Shown here piece after piece: positions 6,101 to 16,232 of a stretch of DNA of 26,589 bases. The notes under the pieces were generated by a model. It did not search any database and was not told where the DNA came from. It saw nothing but the letters and a program-made list of their open reading frames with translations. This DNA comes from a virus. Its lineage: Duplodnaviria; Caudoviricetes. The DNA lies in the IMG/VR virus record IMGVR_UViG_3300049137_000137, positions 1-26,589 of that record; one strand, written 5' to 3'. Each line of letters begins with the position of its first letter. Positions within the stretch are counted from its first letter, which is position 1. Made by a program: the position numbers and the translations under genes.

Positions 6101-8971
6101 TCAGATCCTGTAGCACCAGAAGTAGACGGACCAGCCGCCGTCGGCGGCGCCGGAGAGCTGGGTGGAGAAGCCGGAGTTGTCGGACGCGCTGATGCAGAAG
6201 CCGCGCGTGTTGGCGACGGCGGGGGCGTCTCGGATGGACACGATGGGCACGAGCTGGGTGTCCATCGTGATGCCGTAGCTGAGGGAGAGGCTGCTGGCTC
6301 CGGAGGTTCCGGCGACGGTGCCGGTGAAGATGCCTTCGTTGCTTTCGGGGGCGACGAAGTCTCCCCAGCGGCCGTTGTGCTGGGTGCGTCCTTCGATGAA
6401 GAGGAAGTATTGGGCGGTTGCGTCGGTGCCGTCGTTCCATCCGACGTGGGCCTGTACGTCGTCGCCGTAGAAGAGGCCGCCGTCGACTCCGCCCCGCTGG
6501 AAGCCCGCGTAGAGGCTGCCGGGTTGCGCCAGGATGAATCCGCCGCGACGTTGGGCGTTGTCGCTGCGGATCACTTCAAGGCGGGCTGAGACGGTGGTGA
6601 GGTAGGCGCGGGAGACGCAGCCCACGCCGTCGTCGTCGTATGGCGATGAGTTCATGCCGAGGTTGACGTCGCTGCCTACGGAGACGGCGTTGATGTACCC
6701 GAAGTCGCTGCCGCTGTTGGGGTAGAACCGGATCTCAGGGAGGAACGTCGCTGTGGGGTTGATCTCCAGGCGCTTCCCGGTGGTGCCGGAGACGAGTTGC
6801 CCGATGATGGAGACATCGCCGGTGGCAGCGTCGGCGAAGAACGTGCGCGTCCCAGACGCGCTGTAGGCCTCGATCCCGGACGCGGACAACTCCGCTCGGG
6901 CGCCAGTGTCGGCGGTTTTGATGCGGGCGCCGACGATCCAGTCCGCGCTGATGGTGCCTGCGGTGACCTTGGTGACGGTCAGGTCGGAGATGTGGGCGTC
7001 GTCGATCAATAGCGCGGTCGCCGACGCCGCATCGGACGGCCCGGACTTGTTGCCGGTCTGGTCCACCGCGACGACGCGCACATACCGGGCCGAGGTCTCC
7101 TCGACCTGCACGGTGGTGACCACGGGGATCTGCGCCTGGATCATCCCCGCCGTCGCGGACACCTTGCCCTTGAGCGTTGACTCCGATGGTGTGAAGCCGG
7201 GCTCGTAGTCGACGTGGATCTCCAGGTGGTGAAGATCCGACTCCAGGTTGAATGCGCCGCCCGTACTCTTGCCCAGTTCGTGCGTGACTTGGACCGCGAT
7301 CCGGCTGGCAGCCACGGAGGGGGCGGCCGGCGTGGACGGTGGCAGGTTGTCCGACGAGGCGACGAACGTGGTCGTCCCCGACCAGGCGCCCAGGTTGCCG
7401 GTCTTGTCGACGGCGCGGATCTGCACGTCGTAGCCGACGCCGGGCGACAGGTCCTGTAGCTGGGCGGTGGTCTCGCCCCAGGCGACGTACATGATCTGCC
7501 AGTCGCCGTCGGGGGCGGCGAACGGCTGGCTCCACAGTTGCATGTCCATCCACCGGATCTGGGACACCTGCGTCCAGGTCGCGGGGTAGATCATGTCGGT
7601 GTCGACGGCGTACCGGATCTCGTAGTGGTCGCCGTCAAGGATGGTGGAGCCGTCAACATTGTTGGGTGCGTTCCACGACACGATGACGCGGGCGCGGGTG
7701 AAGCCACGGCCGTCGAGGTAGGCGGATCCCTCGAACGGTTCGATGAGCGTCGGGACGCCCGGCACGCTGGTGTCGGCGTTGGGCCGTGATCCGACGGGTT
7801 CGGTACTGGAGTTGGTGAGCTGGCGGGAGAAGTCCCCGACGGTCACCGTGGACGTGCTGTCGGTCTCGAAGTCGACGTAGTCCGTGAGATCGGTCCAGGC
7901 GCCGTCCGCCGACCGGTAGGCGACCGTGTATCCGCTGGTGATCGCCCACGACGTTTCCGTCACCTGCAACTTGAGCGGGTTCAGCCGTAGGCCCCGGAAC
8001 GTGATCTCCGTGGACGTGTCGACGAGCCCGGCGTCCGGGTCGTACACCCACACCCGGTCGCCCACCACAAAGGAGCCGTGGACGTCGTAGTCGGAGGTCG
8101 ACAGCGTCAGCGCGTTCCGCGTCGACGTGAACCGGGACAGCTGCAAAGCGGCGCGGATCTCGGCGTTCGTCGTCGACGTATCCGACTCTGAGACGAGCCG
8201 GGTGAGCTTCAGCGGGTTGCCGTGAATGTCCTTGAACCCGGTGGCCGGCGAGATGTCCGCTGCACCGGTGGAGATGCTGCTGCCCTCACCCTCCGCGAGG
8301 AGGACGACGCGGGTGGAAAAGTCCTCCATATCCCGCGTCACATCCAACGAGCCGGGCAGCGCGCGGAGTGCCATGTCCTCGCCGGCGCCCTTGGTGAGGA
8401 TCACGCACGTCGGGTTGGTGACGAACAGATCGCTGTCGGGGCCTGCGTCGAGGGTGCCGTCGCCGTTGACCCGCCACGAGACGGGGACGCTCTCGGTGGA
8501 CATGGTGTCGCACACGTAGCCGATGGCGGTGCGGGGGGTTTCGTAGTGGTGGCGGCCGGTGTAGGTCCCGGACACGGAGTGGATGGTGCCTGCGGTGACG
8601 GCTCCGGATGCGGGCAGCAGCATGTTGATGGTGGTCGCGAAGGAGGCGCTGGCGGGTTCGATGGCGTTCTCGTAGACGTCGCCTTTGCCGTCTTCGTCGC
8701 CGAGCCAGAACGCCATGCCGACGCCGCCCACGCTGATGTCGTCGGCGGGCGCGTTCGTACGGCCATCGTCGCCGATCGTCTTCGTGCGGACGACACCAAC
8801 GTAGCGGGCCACGTCGAGCAAGTTGTCGCCGTACTGCACGGGGTCCAACCTGCCGGGGATGATCGCGACATGGCCGAAGTAGTCGATCGCGTCGAGGACG
8901 TCACGGGGCACCCCGCCGAGGAGTTTGATGTCCCACGATCCGAGGGCCTTGAACACCTCCTGAACTGCCAC
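6101..8971 (-). CDS. Large minor tail protein (hub/central fibre) with fibronectin type III domains
   Basis: Second gene after the tape measure. FN3 motifs VSWNAP, DLSPGVGYDVQIRAVDKTGNLGAWS and VRVVAVDQTGNKSGPS, followed by ISDLTVTKVTAGTI repeats. Confidence 0.85.
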   Translation of the reverse strand: MAVQEVFKALGSWDIKLLGGVPRDVLDAIDYFGHVAIIPGRLDPVQYGDNLLDVARYVGVVRTKTIGDDGRTNAPADDISVGGVGMAFWLGDEDGKGDVYENAIEPASASFATTINMLLPASGAVTAGTIHSVSGTYTGRHHYETPRTAIGYVCDTMSTESVPVSWRVNGDGTLDAGPDSDLFVTNPTCVILTKGAGEDMALRALPGSLDVTRDMEDFSTRVVLLAEGEGSSISTGAADISPATGFKDIHGNPLKLTRLVSESDTSTTNAEIRAALQLSRFTSTRNALTLSTSDYDVHGSFVVGDRVWVYDPDAGLVDTSTEITFRGLRLNPLKLQVTETSWAITSGYTVAYRSADGAWTDLTDYVDFETDSTSTVTVGDFSRQLTNSSTEPVGSRPNADTSVPGVPTLIEPFEGSAYLDGRGFTRARVIVSWNAPNNVDGSTILDGDHYEIRYAVDTDMIYPATWTQVSQIRWMDMQLWSQPFAAPDGDWQIMYVAWGETTAQLQDLSPGVGYDVQIRAVDKTGNLGAWSGTTTFVASSDNLPPSTPAAPSVAASRIAVQVTHELGKSTGGAFNLESDLHHLEIHVDYEPGFTPSESTLKGKVSATAGMIQAQIPVVTTVQVEETSARYVRVVAVDQTGNKSGPSDAASATALLIDDAHISDLTVTKVTAGTISADWIVGARIKTADTGARAELSASGIEAYSASGTRTFFADAATGDVSIIGQLVSGTTGKRLEINPTATFLPEIRFYPNSGSDFGYINAVSVGSDVNLGMNSSPYDDDGVGCVSRAYLTTVSARLEVIRSDNAQRRGGFILAQPGSLYAGFQRGGVDGGLFYGDDVQAHVGWNDGTDATAQYFLFIEGRTQHNGRWGDFVAPESNEGIFTGTVAGTSGASSLSLSYGITMDTQLVPIVSIRDAPAVANTRGFCISASDNSGFSTQLSGAADGGWSVYFWCYRI

Positions 8972-8975
8972 GCGC

Positions 8976-10184
8976 CTACCTCCTCACGCCATAGATCGCT
9001 TCGGGCATCGCCGCGATGTACTGGTTCCGTAGGTCGACACCTGCGTCCCCCGATGATGCGGCCGTGCCCCCGATCTCGGCGCCGATCCAGAAGTCCATGC
9101 TGGTGGCAGCACTCTTGATCAAACCGCCGTTGGTGTGGCTGGTGAAGGTGAGTGCGCTGCCGACTGCGAATCGGTTGCCGTTCGCGTCGTTCGCCGACGC
9201 CCGCACGTAGCCGTTCACGAGGATCACCGTGTTCGCTTCGAGCGTCGACCGGTACACGCACAATGTCGACGACGTTCCGATCTGGAGGTAGCACTCGACG
9301 AAGCGGGAGCCGCGGCGAAGTGTCAGGTCGAGCGTGGCCCGCCCGGGGCTCTGGCCCTTGACGAGGCGGAGGATGCACATCTCGTAGTCGTTGCGGATCA
9401 GGGTGGCCGCGTCCCAGGACGGGATCGACGAGGCGGAGCCTGCCACGCTGACGTTCCACAGCTTGGAGCGGTAGGCGCCGCCGCTGTAGTTCTGGACGTC
9501 GAGGGTGGCCGATGCGGACGGGGCGACGTTGACGAGGCCGTTCGACAGCGCCCAGTCGGTGGCGGAGAGGGGTACGTCGACGCCGCACACCTCCTGGCTG
9601 GCGGTGGTGGTGACCTTGACGCGGCCGTTCAGGTAGGAGGTGGGCGGGCAGCCCCAGCGGGGGGAGACGTTCGCGGGCACGCTGCGGTAGACGGTCATCG
9701 CGCCGTCGGCGCCGGTGCGGGTCATGGTGGTGGGGTTGGTGGAGCCGGTGTAGTAGGCGTAGTGGCCGATGGGTGGGGCGTGCCAGCGTTCGCCGGTGGC
9801 GCTGAAATCGTTGACCCTCACGGCACCGGTGAGCCTGCTCTGGAGGTCGGTTTCGGCGTCGGAGCCGACCCGGTCCAGGGAGACCTTCCAGTCGGCGGTG
9901 ACGCGTTCGTTGAGGTGCTCCGTGTACGTGGAGGCCGCGGACTTGACGGTGTAGTAGCCGGACCGTTCGGGCTTGTCCGTGAACGTTACCGCGATGCACT
10001 GGCCTGCGATGAGCGCGTTGATGCCGTCGTGTCGGGCCACAACCTGGGCGCGGGTGAGCGGCGGGTAGGACTCCTGCCCTTCGAGGTCCAGGCTGCGGTC
10101 GCCGCCGCCGGACTCGGAGACGGCGAACGTCTCCCGCAACGACACGCGGCCGAGTTGGATGTCGCCCCAGTTGTACGCGGCCAT
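8976..10184 (-). CDS. Minor tail protein (distal tail position)
   Basis: Directly follows the tape measure with a TGATG overlap; beta-rich. Confidence 0.75.
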   Translation of the reverse strand: MAAYNWGDIQLGRVSLRETFAVSESGGGDRSLDLEGQESYPPLTRAQVVARHDGINALIAGQCIAVTFTDKPERSGYYTVKSAASTYTEHLNERVTADWKVSLDRVGSDAETDLQSRLTGAVRVNDFSATGERWHAPPIGHYAYYTGSTNPTTMTRTGADGAMTVYRSVPANVSPRWGCPPTSYLNGRVKVTTTASQEVCGVDVPLSATDWALSNGLVNVAPSASATLDVQNYSGGAYRSKLWNVSVAGSASSIPSWDAATLIRNDYEMCILRLVKGQSPGRATLDLTLRRGSRFVECYLQIGTSSTLCVYRSTLEANTVILVNGYVRASANDANGNRFAVGSALTFTSHTNGGLIKSAATSMDFWIGAEIGGTAASSGDAGVDLRNQYIAAMPEAIYGVRR

Positions 10185-13100
10185 CAGGCGCGCCCCCTAT
10201 CGAATTGCCGCAGCTCTTCTTTCATCGCCGCCACCAGTTGGCGAGCCGCCCTGCGCTGCTCGGCGGGGGTGGAGAAGTCGAAGGTGCCGCTGACGGTGAT
10301 GTTCTCGATCGTCACGCCGCCCGCCGCGCCACCACTGCTGACGAGCCGCTCGAACAGTGCGGTCTGCTGCGGGTCGAGGATCCGCTCCGGACGCCCGGTG
10401 GCGTTGACGGCCATCGTCGCGCCGGGCTGGAGGAGCCCGCCGGAGTCGAACTTCGCGGCTGGCGCGAAGCCCCAACGGCTGGTGAACATGGAGTCCTTGT
10501 AGGAGCGGGCCCGCTTCCCGATGACTACGCCATCGCCGCCGCGCGACTCCACGTTGACGCCGGCGATCGTGCCCGCGGTGTGGCCGACGCCGCTGTTCGT
10601 GATGCCGATCATGTAGGGGCTGTTGAGGTTCCGTACCCAGCCGGACGGCCCGTTGTTCCCGACAAAGCTGCCGGTCGCCCAACGGCGGTGGGGGCGCTCG
10701 CCGCGGATGACGGATTCGATCGCCGAGGTCAGACCGCTACAGTCCCAGGAGGGGTTCCCGTTTCCGCCCCACTGGTAGGGCTTGCCGTGCTGGGTCTTCG
10801 CCCACGACAACGCCTTCTGCACCCCCGGGCCGCCGACAGCTTTCTTGTCCTCCTTGCCGAACCAGCCCATCATCCCGTCGACGGCCTTGTTAGACAGGCC
10901 GCGCATCAGGTTGCCGATGCCGGTGTTGGGGATGCGGCCGATGAGCGGGCTGACCATGGATCGCAGCGCCTTCTGGGCGACCGACTTGAGGTTGCCGACG
11001 ACGACGTCCTTGGCCCAGTCGGTGACGTCGCCGACGACGTTGCCGAGGCCGGTGGTGATGTTCCCGACGATGCCGCCCTGGTCGAAGTGCTGCACCGGGC
11101 CTTGGTAGCGGGTGCGTTCTTCCTGCCTGCCGGGGTTGCCGCCGGTCTTGGTGGGCTGGTCTTTGCCGAGCATGGCGTCGATGGCGCGGTGGCCGCCGAG
11201 CTGGGTGACTTGCGGGTTGGACAGGATGCGCTCGCCCGGCTCCAGCATGGCGGGGACGATGTCGCCCTTGCCTGCGCCGGGGACGACGCCGCCCTTGTTG
11301 AAGCCGAGTTTGATGGTGGGCAGCGTGATGTTGCTGTTGATTTTTCCGGCGATGGAGTTCCACATGCGGCGGATGCCGTTGTTGTAGACCGTCCCCACCA
11401 CGTACCGCACCGGCGAGGCGATCTTCGACTTGAGGCCGTCCCAGACCCGGCCGAGGCTGTCCCGGAGAGTCGTGAACGCGTTCATCATGGACGTCTTGAA
11501 GCTGCCGACCCGGTCCTTGATCGTGGTGAAGATCCCGGCGACCTTGTCGCGGGCCCCGTTCCACAGCCCGTTCCACGCGTTCGACACCGACGTGCGAAGG
11601 CCCGTGACGCCGTCGCGGAGGCTCCGCCACGCCCCTGAGACAGCGTTGCGAAGTCCGGTCCAGAAGGAGTTCCACCGCTCCCGCACCGTGTTCCACAGGT
11701 CCCGCCACGTCTTGACGAGCCAATCTTTCAACGCGGTGTAGATCCGCTTCGTGTCCGTCCACAATGAGGTGAACCAGCGGACGATTCCCCTGACCAGGTC
11801 GGGGATGATGCTGTGCCCGACAAGGACGTCGTACAGCCACTCGAACTTGCTGACGATCCAGCCGACGACCTCGGACACCTTGTTCGCGAAGGTCGTCAGC
11901 CAGCCGACGACGGTCGTGATCGCTGGAACGAGGATGTTGAACGCCCCAGCCAGAACACCGGACATGGTGCCCGCCAAGCCCACGATCAGCGGCAGCATCG
12001 GTGTGATCACCGACATCGCCAGATTGATCAACGCCGCCGCCATCTGCCCCAAGACCGGGATCAGCGGCGCGAACGCCTGATACAGCGGCACGAGCATCGG
12101 CGCCAACTGGCCGATGAGACTGCCGAACGTCCCCACCGCCGGAATCAACGCGGCGATGACCGGCTTCAAGCCAGTGACGAGCGCGCCGACGAGCAGCGTC
12201 ACAATGTCGCCGACGACCGGCAGCACCGGCGCCAGCGCGGCGATCACCACCGCGAGGAGATCACCGATCGGCTTCAGCAGCGGCATCACCGCCTCGACCA
12301 GGTCCACGATGATGTCGCCCAGGTCATCGACCACGGGCAGCAACGCATCCATGATCGGCATGAGCGCTTCGCCAAGGGACTCAGCCAGCCGTACAAGGAC
12401 CGGGGCGAACTTCTGTGCCAGCTCCGAAACCACCGGCGCCAGCTTCGCGAGCAGCGGCAACACCGCCTGAAGCACCGCACCGAACGTCCCAGCGACCAGC
12501 TTCCCGATATCCGTGAGCGCCTTGAAGATCACGGTGAGCGCTTCTTGGACTTCCGGCATCGCCGTAATGCGCCGCAGCTCCTTGAACACCGCACCTAGGC
12601 CGCCGAGAGCGTCACCGCCACCTGCCGCCGCCGCGTCCATCAGGTTCCCGAGCGTGCCGAAGACGTCCCCGAGTACCTGGCCGAACGTGATCGCCAGGTC
12701 GAGGGCCTTGTCGATCGTCTTCTCCAGGCGCCCGGACTTGAAGGCCTCGTCGAGCTTCCCGCCGACACGGGTGAAGGCGTTCCCGATCCCATCCGTGATC
12801 CGCTTCATGGCGGGCGCAGCGGCGATGCCGAGCTTGACGAACATCTCCGAGAACTGGCCGGGTACCTTCTCCAGCGGCTTCATGCCGGCCGTGAACCCGT
12901 CGAACATCTTCTTCAGCAGGCCCTCGTTAGCGAGCCGGGTGAAGGTGTCCATCAGGCCGCGGCCCATGTTGTTGAGGACCCCGGCCATGCCGCCGAGGCC
13001 CGACCGCAGTGCGGGCAGTGATGCGGTGGCCATGCGGGTGAAGCTGACGTCGAGGCCCCGGAACATGCGGTCCTGGACTTCCATCCGCAGGTCCGAGAAT

Positions 13101-14836
13101 GCCGGGCCCATGTCGCGGACGGCGGTGACGAAGCTCCGGGCGTTCGGGGACAGCTTCGCCATCGCGTCGTTGAACTTGGACGCGGCTGTCGCGCCCTGTT
13201 CCTGCGCTGCTGTCACCGCCCGCTGCGCGTCCGCTAGGGACTCCTGCGCGGAGCGGACCTGGCGCGCGGCGGCAACCTGCGCGTCCGCCACACCCTGCTG
13301 CGCGTCGGCGAGGCGCTGCTGGGCGTCGCGGACTGCTTCCGCCCCATCCTTGGCAACCTGCGCGGCCTCGACCTGGGCGTCCCGGACGTCGCGGGTGCGG
13401 TCGCCGACGTTGCGCTGCGAGTCCGCGAGCCGGTCCTGCGCGTCCCGCACCGTGTCGGAGCCTTCGACGCCGGCCTTGTTCGCCTCGGACGTTTCCTCGC
13501 GGAGTCGTTCTGTCTCGGTCTGCTGGTCCTTCAGCCGCTGCAGCGCGCGGTCGTAGTCGAGCTGGGCCTGCGCCAGCTCCTCAGCGGTCGCCGTCGCCCC
13601 CTTGGCTTTGACCGCGGCGAGTTCCTCTTCCGCGTCTTGGAGGTCGAGGACGGCCTGCCGCTGGTCGAGTTGGGCTCCGGCGAGACGGCTGTTGAGGTCT
13701 TCGAGCTGGTCGGCGGCCTCTTTCCGGGCGTTGTTGAGGTCTTCTTGTGCCTGCTTCGCGTCGTTGACGGCGTCGGTGAGGTCGCGTTCGGCGTCGGCGA
13801 CCCGGCGGAGTGCGGCCTGGCGGTCGGCGGCGGCCCGGACTTCGGCGTCGCGGACGTCCTCGGCGGCGTCCTTCACCCGGGCTTGGGCTTCGGTGATCTG
13901 CCGGGCGGCGTCCACCTGCGCTTCCTTGAGGGAGCGGGCGGCGCGGGCTACGTTCAACTGCGCGGTCTCCGCAGCGCGGGCCGCCGCGGCGATCGAGGTG
14001 CTGCTCTGCTGGCTGAGGGCGGACGAGGCCTTGAAGGCATCACCGACACCGCGCAGGCCGACGGCGAGCGTAGCCCCCATCGTGATCAGAGAACCGAGCG
14101 CGGGCACCGCCACAGCGGCGGCCGGCCCCATCTGAACGATGGCCTGGCCGAGGGCGGCGACTGCGGGCAGGGCGACGAGCGCGGCGCCGGCGAGGGAGGC
14201 GAACCTGCTGCCGAGCATGCCGATGCTGCCCGCTGCGCCTCCGGCGTTGGATGCCAGGCTGGTGAGTGAGCCGAGGCCGGACATGTTGGCCCGGATGTTG
14301 ACCGTGCGGTCGCGGGTGAGGGTGGCGATGCGGGTGGCGGCGGCGCTGGTGTCGGCGTCGGCGGTGACACGTACGGTGCGCCGTCGGGTGAGGTTGGCGA
14401 TGTCGTCGGCCGCGACCCTCGTGTCGACGTCGATGCCGATACGGACCCTGCGGCGTTGGGTGAGGTTGCGGATTTCGTCTGCGGCGACGCGGGTGTCTGC
14501 GGTGGCGAGGATACGGACGGTGCGGTCGGCGGTCAGCCGGTCCAGTTGCGTCTGGGCCCGGCGAAGCGCAGCGTCCTGAATCTTGGGGATGAGATTGACG
14601 GTGAGGTCCTGCATCCGCAGGCGGGACAGGGCGCTCTGGTCGAGGTCGACCTTCACCTTCAGGGACCGGTCACGGGCGAACCGGTCGAGCTGAGTCTTCG
14701 CGTCTCGGTCGTCGAGCTTGAGTTGGACGCCTACGGTGTGCCGTTTCGACTTCAGGCGGTCCATGGCGCGGTTGTAGCCGGACTCGTCGGCCGTGACCTC
14801 GACGTATCCCTCGGCGATGCGAAAGGCGCCTGCCAC
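10184..14836 (-). CDS. Tape measure protein with C-terminal NlpC/P60-like peptidoglycan hydrolase domain
   Basis: 1550 aa, Ala-rich. FRIAEGYVEV N-terminus, coiled coil, amphipathic Pro/Leu and Trp-periodic repeats, and KPYQWGG...WDCSGL...HTAG. Confidence 0.95.
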   Translation of the reverse strand: MAGAFRIAEGYVEVTADESGYNRAMDRLKSKRHTVGVQLKLDDRDAKTQLDRFARDRSLKVKVDLDQSALSRLRMQDLTVNLIPKIQDAALRRAQTQLDRLTADRTVRILATADTRVAADEIRNLTQRRRVRIGIDVDTRVAADDIANLTRRRTVRVTADADTSAAATRIATLTRDRTVNIRANMSGLGSLTSLASNAGGAAGSIGMLGSRFASLAGAALVALPAVAALGQAIVQMGPAAAVAVPALGSLITMGATLAVGLRGVGDAFKASSALSQQSSTSIAAAARAAETAQLNVARAARSLKEAQVDAARQITEAQARVKDAAEDVRDAEVRAAADRQAALRRVADAERDLTDAVNDAKQAQEDLNNARKEAADQLEDLNSRLAGAQLDQRQAVLDLQDAEEELAAVKAKGATATAEELAQAQLDYDRALQRLKDQQTETERLREETSEANKAGVEGSDTVRDAQDRLADSQRNVGDRTRDVRDAQVEAAQVAKDGAEAVRDAQQRLADAQQGVADAQVAAARQVRSAQESLADAQRAVTAAQEQGATAASKFNDAMAKLSPNARSFVTAVRDMGPAFSDLRMEVQDRMFRGLDVSFTRMATASLPALRSGLGGMAGVLNNMGRGLMDTFTRLANEGLLKKMFDGFTAGMKPLEKVPGQFSEMFVKLGIAAAPAMKRITDGIGNAFTRVGGKLDEAFKSGRLEKTIDKALDLAITFGQVLGDVFGTLGNLMDAAAAGGGDALGGLGAVFKELRRITAMPEVQEALTVIFKALTDIGKLVAGTFGAVLQAVLPLLAKLAPVVSELAQKFAPVLVRLAESLGEALMPIMDALLPVVDDLGDIIVDLVEAVMPLLKPIGDLLAVVIAALAPVLPVVGDIVTLLVGALVTGLKPVIAALIPAVGTFGSLIGQLAPMLVPLYQAFAPLIPVLGQMAAALINLAMSVITPMLPLIVGLAGTMSGVLAGAFNILVPAITTVVGWLTTFANKVSEVVGWIVSKFEWLYDVLVGHSIIPDLVRGIVRWFTSLWTDTKRIYTALKDWLVKTWRDLWNTVRERWNSFWTGLRNAVSGAWRSLRDGVTGLRTSVSNAWNGLWNGARDKVAGIFTTIKDRVGSFKTSMMNAFTTLRDSLGRVWDGLKSKIASPVRYVVGTVYNNGIRRMWNSIAGKINSNITLPTIKLGFNKGGVVPGAGKGDIVPAMLEPGERILSNPQVTQLGGHRAIDAMLGKDQPTKTGGNPGRQEERTRYQGPVQHFDQGGIVGNITTGLGNVVGDVTDWAKDVVVGNLKSVAQKALRSMVSPLIGRIPNTGIGNLMRGLSNKAVDGMMGWFGKEDKKAVGGPGVQKALSWAKTQHGKPYQWGGNGNPSWDCSGLTSAIESVIRGERPHRRWATGSFVGNNGPSGWVRNLNSPYMIGITNSGVGHTAGTIAGVNVESRGGDGVVIGKRARSYKDSMFTSRWGFAPAAKFDSGGLLQPGATMAVNATGRPERILDPQQTALFERLVSSGGAAGGVTIENITVSGTFDFSTPAEQRRAARQLVAAMKEELRQFDRGRA

Positions 14837-14837
14837 G

Positions 14838-15233
14838 TCATCCGCCTCCCATGCTCACCAGTCCGGGGAACTGCATCCGGAACGCCGTCAGCGAGACCTC
14901 GCGGGTCTCGTTGTCGCCCCGCGCGGGGGCGGGGGTACTGCTGGTGCGGGTTGGGTTTGTGCTGGCCGGTTGCGGGTCTTCGCGTTCGGCTTCGGCTCGG
15001 GCCGCCATCACGCCGGTGTAGGCGGTGAGCCGGTGCGCCAACGCGAAGTAGCGGCGGGCGGGGATCTGTTGCTGGTCGAGGTCGATGCCGTAGATGGCGA
15101 GGAAGTCGGCGTCTAGGTCGTCGAAATGATCGAGGACCCACAGGACTTGGCCCGTCCGGTCTGCGACCGTCTCAGACCAGCCGGTCCCGTACAGCCAGTC
15201 GCGGAGGGCGATCAGCCACTCTGGGCTTTTCCC
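14838..15233 (-). CDS. -1 frameshifted extension of the tail assembly chaperone (gpGT-like)
   Basis: The -1 frame is open from the slippery site: SPEWLIALRDWLY...DDLDADFLAIYGIDL...AHRLTAYTGV, ending at the stop at 14838. Confidence 0.85.
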   Translation of the reverse strand, partial: GKSPEWLIALRDWLYGTGWSETVADRTGQVLWVLDHFDDLDADFLAIYGIDLDQQQIPARRYFALAHRLTAYTGVMAARAEAEREDPQPASTNPTRTSSTPAPARGDNETREVSLTAFRMQFPGLVSMGGG

Positions 15234-15625
15234 TCCTTCTTCTCCGCCTGCCCGAGCGCCAGATCGATGATCAGCTTCACGATTTTCTCCAGCTGGGCCT
15301 CTGTCACCGCCTTCGACTGCTCCAGCGCCATGTACGCCTCCTCGCCGAGCACCCGGCTCAGAAGCGGCGGCGTCGCCAGCTCGTGCCCGGACTCGCGGGC
15401 CTGCCGCAGGTACTGCAAGGCGACGCCGGGCGGGATCTCGGTCGGGATCGTGTACTCGGTGTCGCCGATGTAGAAGAGCGGCACCCGCTCCTCGACAACG
15501 TCATCGTCGGCGGCGATCCGGATCGGCTCGAAGCCGGCCAGCGGGTCACTGGTGACGGACGGCTTGGGCGCGGCACGCTTGCGGGCTGCGGCGGTGGACT
15601 GGCGGGTGCGTGTGGTGGATGCCAT
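15212..15625 (-). CDS. Tail assembly chaperone (gpG-like)
   Basis: Lies between major tail and tape measure; ends just after a GGGAAAA slippery site. Confidence 0.85.
   Translation of the reverse strand: MASTTRTRQSTAAARKRAAPKPSVTSDPLAGFEPIRIAADDDVVEERVPLFYIGDTEYTIPTEIPPGVALQYLRQARESGHELATPPLLSRVLGEEAYMALEQSKAVTEAQLEKIVKLIIDLALGQAEKKEGKAQSG
15227..15233 (-). other. Programmed -1 ribosomal frameshift heptamer G GGA AAA
   Basis: XXXYYYZ heptamer in the correct phase (gag gga aaa gcc). Confidence 0.85.
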
Positions 15626-15668
15626 GGGTGGTGCTCCTCGCTACGGACAGGGTCAGGTCGCCGACCGG

Positions 15669-16229
15669 CTACGACGTCTGGTCGACGATGTGGAAGGGGG
15701 TGATCGAACTCGACACGTAGTGGCCCGTGAACTTGACGGGGATCAGCGTCTGCTTGTCCTTCGTGTAGGACAGCTCGGACGACTCGGTGTTGAGCATGCG
15801 GCGGCCGATGATCCTGCGCGTGAGCTGGCTGGGCGCGTAGCCGTCGAGGATGACGGCGAAGTAGTTCGGCTGCGTCGCCGAGCTGGTCACGTTGGGGTCG
15901 AAGCTCTTGTAGCCCGCCCCGGACGCCGCCGTGCCGCCGTTGAGGGAGATCGACAGGTTCTCCAGCGTCGGCTCAGCCAGGCTCGTCTCGATGGTGAAGT
16001 CCTGCTTGGTCAGGCGGGACCCGACGCGGAGGGTGATCTGGTCGACCTCCAGCTCCGAGTACGTCTGGTCGACGGCCAGCTTCACGCCGTCCTGCGTACC
16101 TCCCAGGTCCGTCCACGTCGACGCGGGCGGCGCAGTGTTGACGGCAGTGTCGGCAGGCTCGGTCGCGCCGAACGCGCCCTTGTACAGAGTCCCGGGGCCC
16201 TGGATGAGGTTGGTCGTGGTCACCGACAT
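15669..16229 (-). CDS. Major tail (tube) protein
   Basis: NLIQGPGTLY, WTDLGGTQDGV, LAEPTLENL; position before the chaperone. Confidence 0.9.
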   Translation of the reverse strand: MSVTTTNLIQGPGTLYKGAFGATEPADTAVNTAPPASTWTDLGGTQDGVKLAVDQTYSELEVDQITLRVGSRLTKQDFTIETSLAEPTLENLSISLNGGTAASGAGYKSFDPNVTSSATQPNYFAVILDGYAPSQLTRRIIGRRMLNTESSELSYTKDKQTLIPVKFTGHYVSSSITPFHIVDQTS

Positions 16230-16232
16230 AGG

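Noticed and set aside
13150-14000. SMC-like or chemotaxis-like coiled-coil protein
   Set aside because: It is an internal segment of the tape measure ORF.
14838-15041. Stand-alone 67-aa gene
   Set aside because: Better explained as the end of the -1 frameshifted chaperone.
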